This document shows, one piece after another, positions 31,528-44,332 of a DNA stretch of 64,000 nt. Both the position numbers and the translations under genes were made by a program. The stretch is from Eledone cirrhosa (taxonomy: Eukaryota), in assembly GCA_964016885.1 (NCBI GenBank), contig OZ024748.1, positions 5,704,001-5,768,000 on the forward strand, written 5' to 3'. How positions within the stretch are numbered: position 1 is the stretch's first letter; every line of letters begins with the position of its first letter. A model generated the notes under the pieces. The model was not told the origin of the DNA and did not search any database. It saw only the letters and a list, made by a program, of their open reading frames with translations.

Positions 31528-34500
31528 CTTCTCTTAGGTCAGTGTTGTTTGTTTGGGTGTTGTTGTTGTTCCACTCATTCTTTCTGTTTAGCTTTGGTCT
31601 TCTAATTTCTATTTCACTGGCCTCTCTGATTTGCCTATCTGCTGGGTCATTCCTATGTTTAGATATTATTCTAATTTCTATGTTGTCTATGTTACCGTCA
31701 TGATGTTGTCTAGCATGTTCGTATAGTACTGACCCGTTTTTTCGTCCTTTTAGTTCCCCCCAGTGTTGGTCTATCCTTTCACCTATGCTACGAGCTGTCT
31801 CACCTATGTATGTTGTTGTCGTGTTTCTGCAAGTACCCTCTGTACATCTTATGCTATAGACTACGTTTCTAGTTTTACAGTTTATCCGGGGGTTCACCTT
31901 ACATATGATACATTTCCTATTGGTACAGTGGGTTTTCTTAAAAGGGTAGGTTTTGCTGATCAGGGATTTTATGGTGGTTCCTGGCTTTTCTACCACCTTT
32001 ATTTTTAAGTGGGTCTTTCTCAGGGCCTTTCTACACTGGTTAGCTAATTTCCCTCCAGGGGTGGCGTCCACAAACATGACACTCTGATATCTCTGGTTGT
32101 CGTACCATGATGTGGCCTTCCCTATCTTATGTCTAGCCCTATCTAAGCTATTCCATGATTTGCTCCTGTATAGTGGGCAAATTCCTTTCATGTCCAGTTC
32201 TATGAGGGTCTTATACTTTTCCATGGCTCCTTCGTATACTCTGACTCTGTCTCTTTGGTTGTAGCCAGAGAACTGCATGCGGTTGATGAAGTGTTGGATG
32301 TGTCCTTCCATTTCTGTTGGGTCGCACATGATGGACACATTCTTCATCACTCGTACCAAATCTGCGATCAGAATATTAAACTTAGCACTACTGGACATTG
32401 CTGAGTTTTTGAGTATCAGGTATTTGGAGGCCATGGGTTTAGCATAGTGTGAGTGGAGAATTTGGGCTCTCTCGTCTATAGTGTTAATCCAGAGTTCTGT
32501 GTCTAATACAGGTAGTCTATTGTTAGGGTGTTTGGAAGGGAAGTCTATAGTTACAGTTATACTCTGGTGTATGGAATTAGCTATCTGCTGGATGCTTTCC
32601 ATCGTGCTACGTTCTAAATCAAACTTGTTAGTGCTGTCTAGTGGGGGTGTTCTTATAACTATATTGATATCGTCTACATAACGAGAGTACATGATGAGGT
32701 CTATGGAGCTTTCATTAAGGAGATCTTTAAGTCTCCTTTCCCACCATACCATGAAAAGGTTGGCAACATCGCCAGCTATGCTGACGCCGATGGCTGCTCC
32801 CTCATTTTGGGTGTAGATTTTCTCATTGAACTTAAATATGTGGCCCTTTAGGGTAGTTTTGATACTAGCCCCTATTGCATGTGCGACCATTTTTCTTACC
32901 TGATCAGTGTTTTGGGGGGTCCGTATAGCTTTGGTCCACCCAATCCACCTTCCTATGGGAGTCTTTTTAGCCATTGAGGTTATGGTGGGGGGTCTACCTC
33001 TTATAGGTCTACTAGGGCAGAAACATCTAAGGTCATGGCTGTCTAGGTAGTCAGTGTCGTAGGTAAGTCTAAGTAGGAGGCCCAGTTCGTCTGTGTCGAC
33101 GTCGCAGAACTCCACCTCACTCTCAATGATCATCTCCACACATCTTTTCACAGCAAAATCAATGTTAATGGATGGGTACAGTGACACCACATCCATGCTG
33201 CCTATTATGCAGTTGGATAGGCTCCTGTTTTTGTTGCACTCACTGATTCTGCTGAGGAGGTCCTCTGTACTTTCACATACATCTGGGGACATCTTGATTA
33301 TGGGGCGTATAACCATTGAGAGGAAGTAGGAGATCCTGTAGTTGCTAGCTATATTAGCTCCGCATACAGGTCTTGTTGGTGGTCCTATTGTCGGGTCGTC
33401 GACTGTCTTGTGGTCTTTGCGGAGCCCATACAAGGGTGGTATGCCATTGTTAGACGCCTGGAAGTTGTTGGCAGTGCGTCTGCTTGGCTTTAGGATGTCA
33501 GTCCACATCATCATGTGAGCGTTGAGGATTTTTTCTCTCCCATCGTGTGTTAGTTGTGCAACTTCGCTCGTGTTGGTGATGTGGGGTTGCATTGCCTCGA
33601 TGTAGTTCGGCATGCTATCTATTGACATCCTACCAGACTTATCTGTGGGTAGACACACTACCTCACCATCCCTTGTGCGCTGCTTGAGGCTAACCAAGCC
33701 TTCTACAGGTTTTATCCCAAGTTGTTGGGCCTCTGGTCTGCTCTGTCTCATAGTGTACCTGTCTACTACTTGTCTAATCTTATTTCTAGCTATGGTGAAC
33801 TGTGCCTCCGTCTCGTCATCTATTTGTTGTGGTATGCAAACTCTTTTATTAAAGGGTAACCTCGTAGGATAGATATTACCCATCTTATATGTTTTGTCAG
33901 CTGGGTTGAAAAATAGTTTCTCTAAGGGGTTGTCGTTATTTCTATCGTCATAGTTGTGTGTGTTGCTATTATTGTTATCATGGTGGTTGTTGTTGTTTCT
34001 ATCCTTAGCATTAATATTATTATTGTTATGATTGCTAGATGTATTGTTGTTTACTTCACCGTTATTGTTGTTGTTACTGCTATTTCTACCATTGTGGTTG
34101 TTACTATTATTATGTTTCTTGTTTTTGTTGATGTTGCTACATGTACTATTTCCATTATTACCACTGTGGTTATTGTTGTTGTTGTTGTTCGTATTGTTAC
34201 CGTTATTACTACTGTGGTCACTGTTGCTGTGTCTGTGGTTAACGTTTCTATTATTATTATTATTGTGGTTGTTGTTGTTCTGTCTATCGCTAGTATTATT
34301 ACCATTATCACTATTTCTCACTTTCCTGCCATTGTTATGGTTATGGCTGTTATTTCTATACCCAGAGTTATTGTTTATATTACTACTACCGTTATTATTG
34401 TTGTTGTTGTTTACCTTTGCATTCCAACGTATTTTTGTGAAACACTTTTCCAGCTCCGTTTTGCATTCCATAGGATTAATTTTTTTGTAGATGGCAAATT

Positions 34501-35152
34501 TTGGTGGTAACTTTAGGATTTGTTGTTCTTGTTCACTGATTAAAGTGTTCCCATAGATATTTACTGTGTGGTCATTGGTAAATTCTTCCGGTAGTTTTAC
34601 ATCACTCATACGGATGTTGTCGATGTTATCTGGGTATTTTTGAGAATATTCGATTTTCCTTTCTTGTAGTTTTTTCTTATTCATCCATTCTAATTTCTTC
34701 TTGAAATGCCTACAGCATTCGTTTTGAGCATATTTCGTTTCGCGTCGGATGACGCTCATGAAGTCATCTCTCTCGTTTGCTGTGATGAGATTTCGGATTT
34801 CCTTACCGTTGATGCGTTTTTGTCTGTAGAGTGCGTTGACTTTTGTGTATGTTGTTCTTTTCATATTAACTGTTATTGTGTGTTTTAGCCGTTCAGCTTG
34901 TGTTTTGTTCAATAATAAATTATTTACTTGTTTTGATATGTTTGTTGTGTATGTTTTGGAGGAAACACAGTGTTTTAAGAAGCGGATTTGTTCTGTTGTT
35001 ATTGTAGTTTTTATATAACAGAAAACAGTGTCTTTCAATAACCTTTCAGCTTGGCACAAGCTAATGCCATAGCGGCGATGAATTAGTTTTGCGAGGTTTT
35101 TTATATGAAATCGTGTGTCGAAACAGATATTGTTATATTTGGGGAGGGTCAT
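31523..35152 (-). CDS. PLE polyprotein (1209 aa): N-terminal domain with Asn-rich tract, reverse transcriptase, Cys linker, GIY-YIG endonuclease
   Basis: Uninterrupted ORF. Motifs: LKLPPKF, PTDKSG (PLE DKG-like), LYGLRKDHK...PTRPV (RT1/2), SMDVVSLYPSI (motif A, D at 33191-33193), QNEGAAIG (B'), RYVDDI (C, YVDD at 32669-32680), LPVLD (E), CTNRKCIIC, VVYSIRC...YIGETARSIGERIDQH...REASEI...PKLN (GIY-YIG with C/H residues). Confidence 0.95.
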   Translation of the reverse strand: MTLPKYNNICFDTRFHIKNLAKLIHRRYGISLCQAERLLKDTVFCYIKTTITTEQIRFLKHCVSSKTYTTNISKQVNNLLLNKTQAERLKHTITVNMKRTTYTKVNALYRQKRINGKEIRNLITANERDDFMSVIRRETKYAQNECCRHFKKKLEWMNKKKLQERKIEYSQKYPDNIDNIRMSDVKLPEEFTNDHTVNIYGNTLISEQEQQILKLPPKFAIYKKINPMECKTELEKCFTKIRWNAKVNNNNNNNGSSNINNNSGYRNNSHNHNNGRKVRNSDNGNNTSDRQNNNNHNNNNNRNVNHRHSNSDHSSNNGNNTNNNNNNNHSGNNGNSTCSNINKNKKHNNSNNHNGRNSSNNNNNGEVNNNTSSNHNNNNINAKDRNNNNHHDNNNSNTHNYDDRNNDNPLEKLFFNPADKTYKMGNIYPTRLPFNKRVCIPQQIDDETEAQFTIARNKIRQVVDRYTMRQSRPEAQQLGIKPVEGLVSLKQRTRDGEVVCLPTDKSGRMSIDSMPNYIEAMQPHITNTSEVAQLTHDGREKILNAHMMMWTDILKPSRRTANNFQASNNGIPPLYGLRKDHKTVDDPTIGPPTRPVCGANIASNYRISYFLSMVIRPIIKMSPDVCESTEDLLSRISECNKNRSLSNCIIGSMDVVSLYPSINIDFAVKRCVEMIIESEVEFCDVDTDELGLLLRLTYDTDYLDSHDLRCFCPSRPIRGRPPTITSMAKKTPIGRWIGWTKAIRTPQNTDQVRKMVAHAIGASIKTTLKGHIFKFNEKIYTQNEGAAIGVSIAGDVANLFMVWWERRLKDLLNESSIDLIMYSRYVDDINIVIRTPPLDSTNKFDLERSTMESIQQIANSIHQSITVTIDFPSKHPNNRLPVLDTELWINTIDERAQILHSHYAKPMASKYLILKNSAMSSSAKFNILIADLVRVMKNVSIMCDPTEMEGHIQHFINRMQFSGYNQRDRVRVYEGAMEKYKTLIELDMKGICPLYRSKSWNSLDRARHKIGKATSWYDNQRYQSVMFVDATPGGKLANQCRKALRKTHLKIKVVEKPGTTIKSLISKTYPFKKTHCTNRKCIICKVNPRINCKTRNVVYSIRCTEGTCRNTTTTYIGETARSIGERIDQHWGELKGRKNGSVLYEHARQHHDGNIDNIEIRIISKHRNDPADRQIREASEIEIRRPKLNRKNEWNNNNTQTNNTDLREV

Positions 35153-35189
35153 ATTTGCGTAATATTGCCAGAATTAATAACAGAACACA

Positions 35190-35240
35190 CTCACTGTTTG
35201 GTTGGTTTTCGCTTCTCGCTGTCTTTTATATATATATATC
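35190..35240 (-). promoter_or_regulatory. Candidate TATA-box promoter of the PLE (copies also in the other two pLTRs)
   Basis: Minus-strand TATAAAAG at 35223-35230, about 75 nt upstream of the ATG, with an ACAGT Inr-like sequence ~35 nt downstream. Motif evidence only. Confidence 0.3.
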
Positions 35241-35328
35241 TGCGATCTAGCTTACTCGGTCCTCAATGTTGCCATTGACTGACCGGCGGTCAAAAATAAT
35301 ACAGATACAATATAGACAAACACATATA

Positions 35329-35386
35329 TATATAGTTTACATAAATCTTTCGTTGCACATCTGCAACATCGTCAGTGGTGTTATAT
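35329..35386 (-). ncRNA. Hammerhead-like motif in the 5' pLTR
   Basis: Same sequence as 31199-31256. Confidence 0.55.
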
Positions 35387-35656
35387 TCATTGTTCCTCCT
35401 GTTGTGTTGTATGTCTACGCCATTTTTTTTTGTTCAGTCTGTCTATATATTTATTTATTTATTTGCTTGTTTGTTTATCTTATTTTATTTTGTCTTCTTT
35501 GCGCATGCGTTTGCGTGTGTGTATAGTGTTATGTGTGATGTGTGATGTGTGACTAGTGTGTATAGTGTTGTCTGCTGGGTGACTAGTGTGTGTTTATGTG
35601 CTTGTGTATGTATTTATTTATCTTATTTTATTTAATTTAATTTACTTATTTATTTA

Positions 35657-36178
35657 TAAATAAATAAGTAAATTAAATTAAATAAAATAAGATAAATAAA
35701 TACATACACAAGCACATAAACACACACTAGTCACCCAGCAGACAACACTATACACACTAGTCACACATCACACATCACACATAACACTATACACACACGC
35801 AAACGCATGCGCAAAGAAGACAAAATAAAATAAGATAAACAAACAAGCAAATAAATAAATAAATATATAGACAGACTGAACAAAAAAAAATGGCGTAGAC
35901 ATACAACACAACAGGAGGAACAATGAATATAACACCACTGACGATGTTGCAGATGTGCAACGAAAGATTTATGTAAACTATATATATATGTGTTTGTCTA
36001 TATTGTATCTGTATTATTTTTGACCGCCGGTCAGTCAATGGCAACATTGAGGACCGAGTAAGCTAGATCGCAGATATATATATATAAAAGACAGCGAGAA
36101 GCGAAAACCAACCAAACAGTGAGTGTGTTCTGTTATTAATTCTGGCAATATTACGCAAATATGACCCTCCCCAAATAT

Positions 36179-36186
<8 letters not shown>
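35657..36186 (+). repeat. Inverted pseudo-LTR forming a spacer-less palindrome with 35127-35656
   Basis: Reverse complement of 35127-35656; symmetry centre ...TTTA|TAAA... between 35656 and 35657; ends in (TA)n. Confidence 0.93.
35927..35984 (+). ncRNA. Hammerhead-like motif in the inverted pLTR
   Basis: CTGACGA at 35938-35944, stem GTTGCA/TGCAAC, GAAA at 35962-35965. Confidence 0.55.
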
Positions 36187-36258
<72 letters not shown>

Positions 36259-36547
36259 GGGAGGGTTGCTCCAGCTAGAGGAATATGCAAGGTTTGTGAG
36301 AGAATGAGAGGGAAGCGGAGGAGAGTTGAGAAAGGAATGGAATGGTATCAAATATGTATGGTGTATCGGTGAGACAGACGATGTGAGAAGTCTAGAAGTG
36401 ATCGATAGCTTCTGCCGTCTTCTGCCCAAGTGAAAAGGTGAAATGGTCAAATAAGACCGCTTTTTAATCTACCTACCCTATAGATTTCCAATCCCTCTGA
36501 TTAACATCACCATATTTCGATTGATAAATAGCAAAATATAGGCGCAG

Positions 36548-39152
36548 CACACACATGATCACACACGGATACACCGTGTCACACAGGTATACACACACAT
36601 GAACACACACGGATACACCGTGTCACACAGGTATACACACACATGAACACACACGGATACACCGTGTCACACAGGTATACACACACATGAACACACACGG
36701 ATACACCGTGTCACACAGGTATACACACACATGAACACACACGGATACACCGTGTCACACAGGTATACACACACATGAACACACACAGATACACCGTGTC
36801 ACACAGGTATACACACACATGAACACACACGGATACACCGTGTCACACAGGTATACACACACATGAACACACACGGATACACCGTGTCACACAGGTATAC
36901 ACACACATGAACACACACGGATACACCGTGTCACACAGGTATACACACACATGAACACACACGGATACACCGTGTCACACAGATATACACACACATGAAC
37001 ACACACGGATACAACGTGTCACACAGGTATACACACACATGAACACACACGGATACACCGTGTCACACAGGTATACACACACATGATCACACACGGATAC
37101 ACCGTGTCACACAGGTATACACACACATGAACACACACGGATACACCGTGTCACACAGGTATACACACACATGATCACACACGGATACACCGTGTCACAC
37201 AGGTATACACACACATGATCACACACGGATACACCGTGTCACACAGATATACACACACATGAACACACACAGATACACCGTGTCACACAGGTATACACAC
37301 ACATGATCACACACGGATACACCGTGTCACACAGGTATACACACACATGAACACACACAGATACAACGTGTCACACAGATATACACACACATGAACACAC
37401 ACGGATACACCGTGTCACACAGATATACACACACATGAACACACACAGATACAACGTGTCACACAGATATACACACACATGAACACACACAGATACACCG
37501 TGTCACACAGATATACACACACATGATCACACACGGATACACCGTGTCACACAGATATACACACACATGAACACACACAGATACAACGTGTCACACAGGT
37601 ATACACACACATGAACACACACAGATACACCGTGTCACACAGGTATACACACACATGAACACACACGGATACACCGTGTCACACAGATATACACACACAT
37701 GAACACACACGGATACACCGTGTCACACAGATATACACACACATGAACACACACAGATACAACGTGTCACACAGGTATACACACACATGAACACACACAG
37801 ATACACCGTGTCACACAGATATACACACACATGAACACACACAGATACACCGTGTCACACAGATATACACACACATGAACACACACAGATACACCGTGTC
37901 ACACAGATATACACACACATGAACACACACGGATACACCGTGTCACACAGGTATACACACACATGAACACACACGGATACACCGTGTCACACAGATATAC
38001 ACACACATGAACACACACAGATACAACGTGTCACACAGGTATACACACACATGAACACACACAGATACACCGTGTCACACAGATATACACACACATGAAC
38101 ACACACGGATACACCGTGTCACACAGGTATACACACACATGAACAAACACAGATACAACGTGTCACACAGGTATACACACACATGAACACACACAGATAC
38201 ACCGTGTCACACAGATATACACACACATGAACACACACAGATACACCGTGTCACACAGATATACACACACATGAACACACACGGATACACCGTGTCACAC
38301 AGGTATACACACACATGAACACACACAGATACACCGTGTCACACAGATATACACACACATGAACACACACAGATACACCGTGTCACACAGATATACACAC
38401 ACATGAACAAACACAGATACAACGTGTCACACAGGTATACACACACATGAACACACACAGATACACCGTGTCACACAGATATACACACACATGAACACAC
38501 ACGGATACACCGTGTCACACAGGTATACACACACATGAACAAACACAGATACAACGTGTCACACAGGTATACACACACATGAACACACACGGATACACCG
38601 TGTCACACAGATATACACACACATGAACACACACGGATACACCGTGTCACACAGGTATACACACACATGAATACACACGGATACACCGTGTCACACAGGT
38701 ATACACACACATGAATACACACGGATACACCGTGTCACACAGATATACACACACATGAACACACACGGATACACCGTGTCACACAGATATACACACACAT
38801 GAACACACACGGATACACCGTGTCACACAGGTATACACACACATGAACACACACGGATACACCGTGTCACACAGATATACACACACATGAACACACACAG
38901 ATACACCGTGTCACACAGGTATACACACACATGAACACACACAGATACACCGTGTCACACAGGTATACACACACATGAACACACACAGATACACCGTGTC
39001 ACACAGGTATACACACACATGAACACACACAGATACACCGTGTCACACAGGTATACACACACATGAACACACACAGATACACCGTGTCACACAGATATAC
39101 ACACACATGAACACACACAGATACACCGTGTCACACAGGTATACACACACAC
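36548..39152. repeat. 44-bp minisatellite, 59 copies (ATGAACACACACGGATACACCGTGTCACACAGGTATACACACAC)
   Basis: ATGA at 36555, 36599, 36643 ... 39107 (58x44, exact register); variation is limited to a few substitution sites. Confidence 0.97.
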
Positions 39153-39299
39153 ACCAGAGTAATACACGGTAACAGATCTAGACACCAAACATAAACGTAC
39201 ACATTTTAACACACGAAGAAACAGATATTATTATATTCATATATATACATACACACATATGTAAACGTACACATGCACATACATATATATCAGACACAT

Positions 39300-39336
<37 letters not shown>

Positions 39337-39347
39337 CATATATATAC

Positions 39348-39379
<32 letters not shown>

Positions 39380-39384
39380 GATAG

Positions 39385-39425
<41 letters not shown>

Positions 39426-39527
39426 AATAAAATGAAAACGAAATTTCATTTCTCACTCTTACTACGGCACTTACTTAAATGTATACAGACGTATACATAT
39501 ATGATACGTGCATATATGTATGTGTAC

Positions 39528-39580
<53 letters not shown>

Positions 39581-39610
39581 TGCCACTGTACGTCTGCATA
39601 CATATATGTA

Positions 39611-39652
<42 letters not shown>

Positions 39653-39760
39653 CAGCAGGTGCACATGCACATACATATATATCACATATATATTCATATA
39701 TATATATATATATATATATATTCATATATATATATTCATATATATATTCATATATACATA

Positions 39761-39800
<40 letters not shown>

Positions 39801-39816
39801 TATATATATATATATT

Positions 39817-39884
<68 letters not shown>

Positions 39885-39929
39885 TATATATATATATATA
39901 TGTGTGTGTGTTTGTGTGGATATATATAA

Positions 39930-40094
<165 letters not shown>

Positions 40095-40380
40095 CATAGC
40101 AGGTGCAGGTATGCACATAGACGCAAATCAAACAGTCACATATATGTATCTAAAGTCGTGTGTGATAATTTGTATGAGCGCGTGGTTTGTGTGCGTTCTG
40201 ATATTGATGCAGATAAAGATATGCTGATGGAAAATGAAGATACTGCTCGGTTGTTCTACCTTTATATACATTTTTTCGTGGATAATATTCCATGTATTCG
40301 TATACATTGTGTGTTTATGTATTTTGGAATGTATATGTAAGCATCAGTGTTCGTTATGTCGTTTGATTATATGTTATACG

Positions 40381-40457
<77 letters not shown>

Positions 40458-41690
40458 AATATTTATATATATATATACATATTTATATATATATACATAT
40501 TTTATATATATATATATGTATATATATATAATGAATAGTTATATATATATATATAGTGTTATATATACGTTTATATTTAATGCAATGTTTCTTTAAAATG
40601 TTAATTCTGCGAATACATTATACACATTTCAATGGACCAGTTTCATAAACCGATCCTGATGCATGACATTTTTGCAGGGGATGTTGACTAGAGACAAGGA
40701 TCGATCTACAACATGTGAGAGGTAGATTGTCATTACTGATTACAGTCGAATGAAAAGTACCAGTAATTTGATCGTCCTCCCTTGTCACTCATACCGTGTC
40801 ATACATTACTCTGCATGGACATTACATAAAAGCTATAGTTGTGTGGAATTCTCAGCCTCTAGCGGTATAGTTAAGTTGATCGAAAGACTGATATGTGCTC
40901 ACCGTCGATTCCGACTAAGATCCATTTACTTTTAATTAATTATATATACCCATACACGCACACATACATACTCGAACACAAACTCACAAAGATGCACACA
41001 TATGTATGTCTGTATGTATGTATATATGTCTAATATATATCGATACATATATGTTTACATACATATGTATATGTAAATCTATATATATCTATACATATAC
41101 ATGAAAAACACACACACAAATACACGCACATACACACACACACTCACATACATACACATACACAGACACACCCACACACATATATATATATATATATATG
41201 CTTGTAAGTATGCATCTATGTATATGATATGCTGTTTTTTTTATATGACTGTGAAAAGTGAAAGAAGACTGGTTTATCATATAGGTATAAACAGATGTAG
41301 AAATAATATCCACATAGCTAAGATACAACAAAAACAATAGAGCGTACACGCAGGATATAACATACTTGCTTCAGTAGTTATGAAATAATACTCCGCTTGA
41401 TATAGCAAGACAGGATATAAAGCAGTCGAAATGGTGCAGAAAAGATATATCTGGTCGAAAATGCATTTATGATATATTGATTTCGGTGATGTAAGCAACG
41501 ATATCGAATATTTCATATAGTTGAAGTGAATATGTTTGATTCACATATGATATAAATAAGATACTACATTCCATAATAATGCTTATTGGATCTAGCGAGA
41601 TGTAATGTGAGCAAGTGCATGTCATGATGATAAAGTTTTGGTTTTATTTTATCATTCAATATGGCCACACATCGTATATATTCATATATA

Positions 41691-41777
<87 letters not shown>

Positions 41778-42195
41778 AGGCGGTAGATATCTATGTTTCT
41801 ACGTGTATAAGTGTTATCTTATTTATCACTCTTAACCTGACTCTGTATATAAATACACACACACTCGTGTAGTTGTGTGTACTTTTTTCATGAACATTTT
41901 CCCCTTCGTCAAAATAAACCGTCTTACATACACCATGATATAAAATTATACCCATCCATCTTTATTTTCAAGTTCCTCAAGTATCACCAAGAGTAGAAAG
42001 TGAACATTGTGTTTAAGATACACATTTCACTATGTTTGCTGATAGCTGGATGTGAGAAGCGACAATGTTCCGCCTAAATTAACCTACTCTGAATACGAAC
42101 ATGTAAGTCGGACATCACGGCTATGAGAGGAAACTACACTTAGCAGTAATGATAATCCACAATTTGTGGTGTGTCTTGATTGGCCTGTTTTTCTT

Positions 42196-42491
42196 TGAAT
42201 TCATATCCCGCCGAGGTTAACCTTGCCTTTCATCCTTACGGGGTCGATAAAATAAAGTACCAGTAATACACTGGGATAATTGCAGGCCTTGTGCCAAAAG
42301 TAGAAACAATTATTTCTTTGTGGATTGGCAGTATCGGTAGAGGGTTCGATGCCATGCTTTGCAGAAAATAGTTACGGCCCTTTATGATCTGACTTGAAAT
42401 CCCGCCGAGGTTATCTTGCCGTGGTCTATAAAATAAAGTACCAGTAATGTACTGGATAATTGCTGGCCGTATGCCAAAAGTAGAAATAATT
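42196..42491 (+). mobile_element. Two tandem SINE copies (5'-truncated 42196-42312; near-full 42319-42491)
   Basis: Core and tail repeated; the second copy has a deletion in the core. Confidence 0.8.
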
Positions 42492-42651
42492 TATTTATTT
42501 ATTATCTACAGTTTTGTGTCTTTACATATCTGTCTTTTGAAACTCGATTCCTTAAAACAGCCATTGTCCATTTAACTTGTCTTGGTAATGTCGCCCTATC
42601 AGTCGCACTTGTGAAAATAACAAATAATTTTTACTATTATATTTTAATGAA

Positions 42652-42860
42652 GTTGGTGGAATTGAAGAATTAGTAGAACACTGTATGTAACGTCATTGCA
42701 GTAGGTTTTCTAGCTCTTTACATACTTATTTCAAACTCCAACAATGTTAACCTTGCTATTTATGTTTCTGGGGTCGCTAAAATAAAATAGCAGACAAGTA
42801 CTGGTTCCATTTAATCAAATTTGACCTTCTCCTCAATCATGGTTAACATTGTGCCTGAAT
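42652..42860 (+). mobile_element. Old diverged SINE copy
   Basis: Degenerate head, TTCAAA B box, GGGGTCGCTAAAATAAA core. Confidence 0.55.
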
Positions 42861-44180
42861 AATTATATTCCAGAAGGCCTATCCTTACTCTATGTTTTCA
42901 CTGCACTGCAGAGAACAACTATATGCACCGTAAAAATGAAAAGGGATTTTGTATAACCTTTATCGTGCACTTACTTCTGTATTAAATCCACTCTACGTAC
43001 TATATGCCCTGAGCCGAGTAATGTTAGATTTTCTGTGTTATACCTAATAACCCTCACAAGACTCATTCATTAATGAAATTATATACATTTTCGGCCTCAC
43101 ATTCTTTTTATCTATATTGCCAGATCTATATATTTATATAATTTCTCCACCGATTAAAATTGATCTCGTTGTCAGTGTGTATTGGCATAAACCCAAGTTT
43201 CGTTGCTTTGTCATACTCAGATACTATTCTGGTGTAAATTTATACCAGGTCCTTTCTGTAATAATTTATGTTGGTGGTATGTACCAAAACCATTAAGACT
43301 ACGTAGTCTTGAATGCTCCTGGCATTCATGTCACATAAAATGACACACAAAGTTGTAATTTGACAATAACGACAATATCTGTTTATGTCAGGAGGAGATG
43401 AAACTGTTGCAGGAGTAAGAAGTGGGAGAACTTCATAACTGACGAGTTATTTGTTTGCGATGCTGCGTTGTTTGACAAAAAATTATCATATGCCTTATTT
43501 ATTTGTTTTTTGTTTTCTCAGATTTCTTCCTACAAGGACTCGGATGAATACATCGGGTGCGCCCTTGACAATAATAAGACAGAAACGCTTCGTTGAAATA
43601 CAAAAATACCACAAGCAAAATAAAAGATCAACATTTAAAAATACAACAACTGTTACAAGAAGACAAAACACCATAAACAACGATATGAACAAAAAACTAT
43701 ACGAAACAAGATGGCTACATATACTTTAAAATAATCGATAATGACCAATGAGGCATTTTGTTTTCCTTTGTTTCTTTGTGTGTTTTGTTGTAAAAAGGTA
43801 CTATTGACCCGGAGTCTCAACCCAGATGTACAATTTATTAATTATCTACTGATATAAGCTATTGGCTATGTGAATATACAAATATAAACTGGACAATGGA
43901 TTCACGACAGCGAGGAGAAAGCAAACAAATAAACATAAATTCAACAAATGATAAAATAAATGATAAATAGAAATGAAATAGACGGTGATGATGATAGTGA
44001 TGATGGTGATAGTAGTGGAGATAGTGGTACTGTAAGACCGGAGGAGGGGGCGGGGGGAATTTACTGTTGTGTGCGGAGGTCTGAGAAAAATCGAACGGCT
44101 TTATCAAGCAGATTACAACGTTCAGCACATTTGTTATATATATATATATATATACACACATACATATATACATATATACA

Positions 44181-44272
<92 letters not shown>

Positions 44273-44291
44273 TAGACATACATTATATAAA

Positions 44292-44332
<41 letters not shown>

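Larger units (their letters stand above)
35069..35658 (-). repeat. 5' pseudo-LTR of the PLE, overlapping the ORF start
   Basis: Direct repeat of 30939-31527 at an offset of 4130-4131 bp; contains the ATG at 35152. Confidence 0.93.
30939..36186 (-). mobile_element. Full-length Penelope-like retroelement (EN+, C-terminal GIY-YIG) with tandem and inverted pseudo-LTRs, inserted in (TA)n
   Basis: Single RT+GIY-YIG ORF; direct repeats 30939-31527 and 35069-35658; inverted copy 35657-36186; (TA)n on both flanks (30921-30940, ~36183-36252). This is canonical PLE architecture. Confidence 0.95.

Noticed and set aside
33956-34510. Hydrophobic plus-strand ORFs inside the PLE
   Set aside because: Antisense shadow of the Asn-rich AAC/AAT tract.
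30939-35658. LTR retrotransposon or DIRS element
   Set aside because: No gag, protease, RNase H, integrase or tyrosine recombinase, and no TG...CA ends. The repeats overlap the ORF start and the endonuclease is GIY-YIG, so this is a PLE.
36548-39152. CRISPR-like array
   Set aside because: Head-to-tail tandem units with no unique spacers, eukaryotic context and no cas genes.
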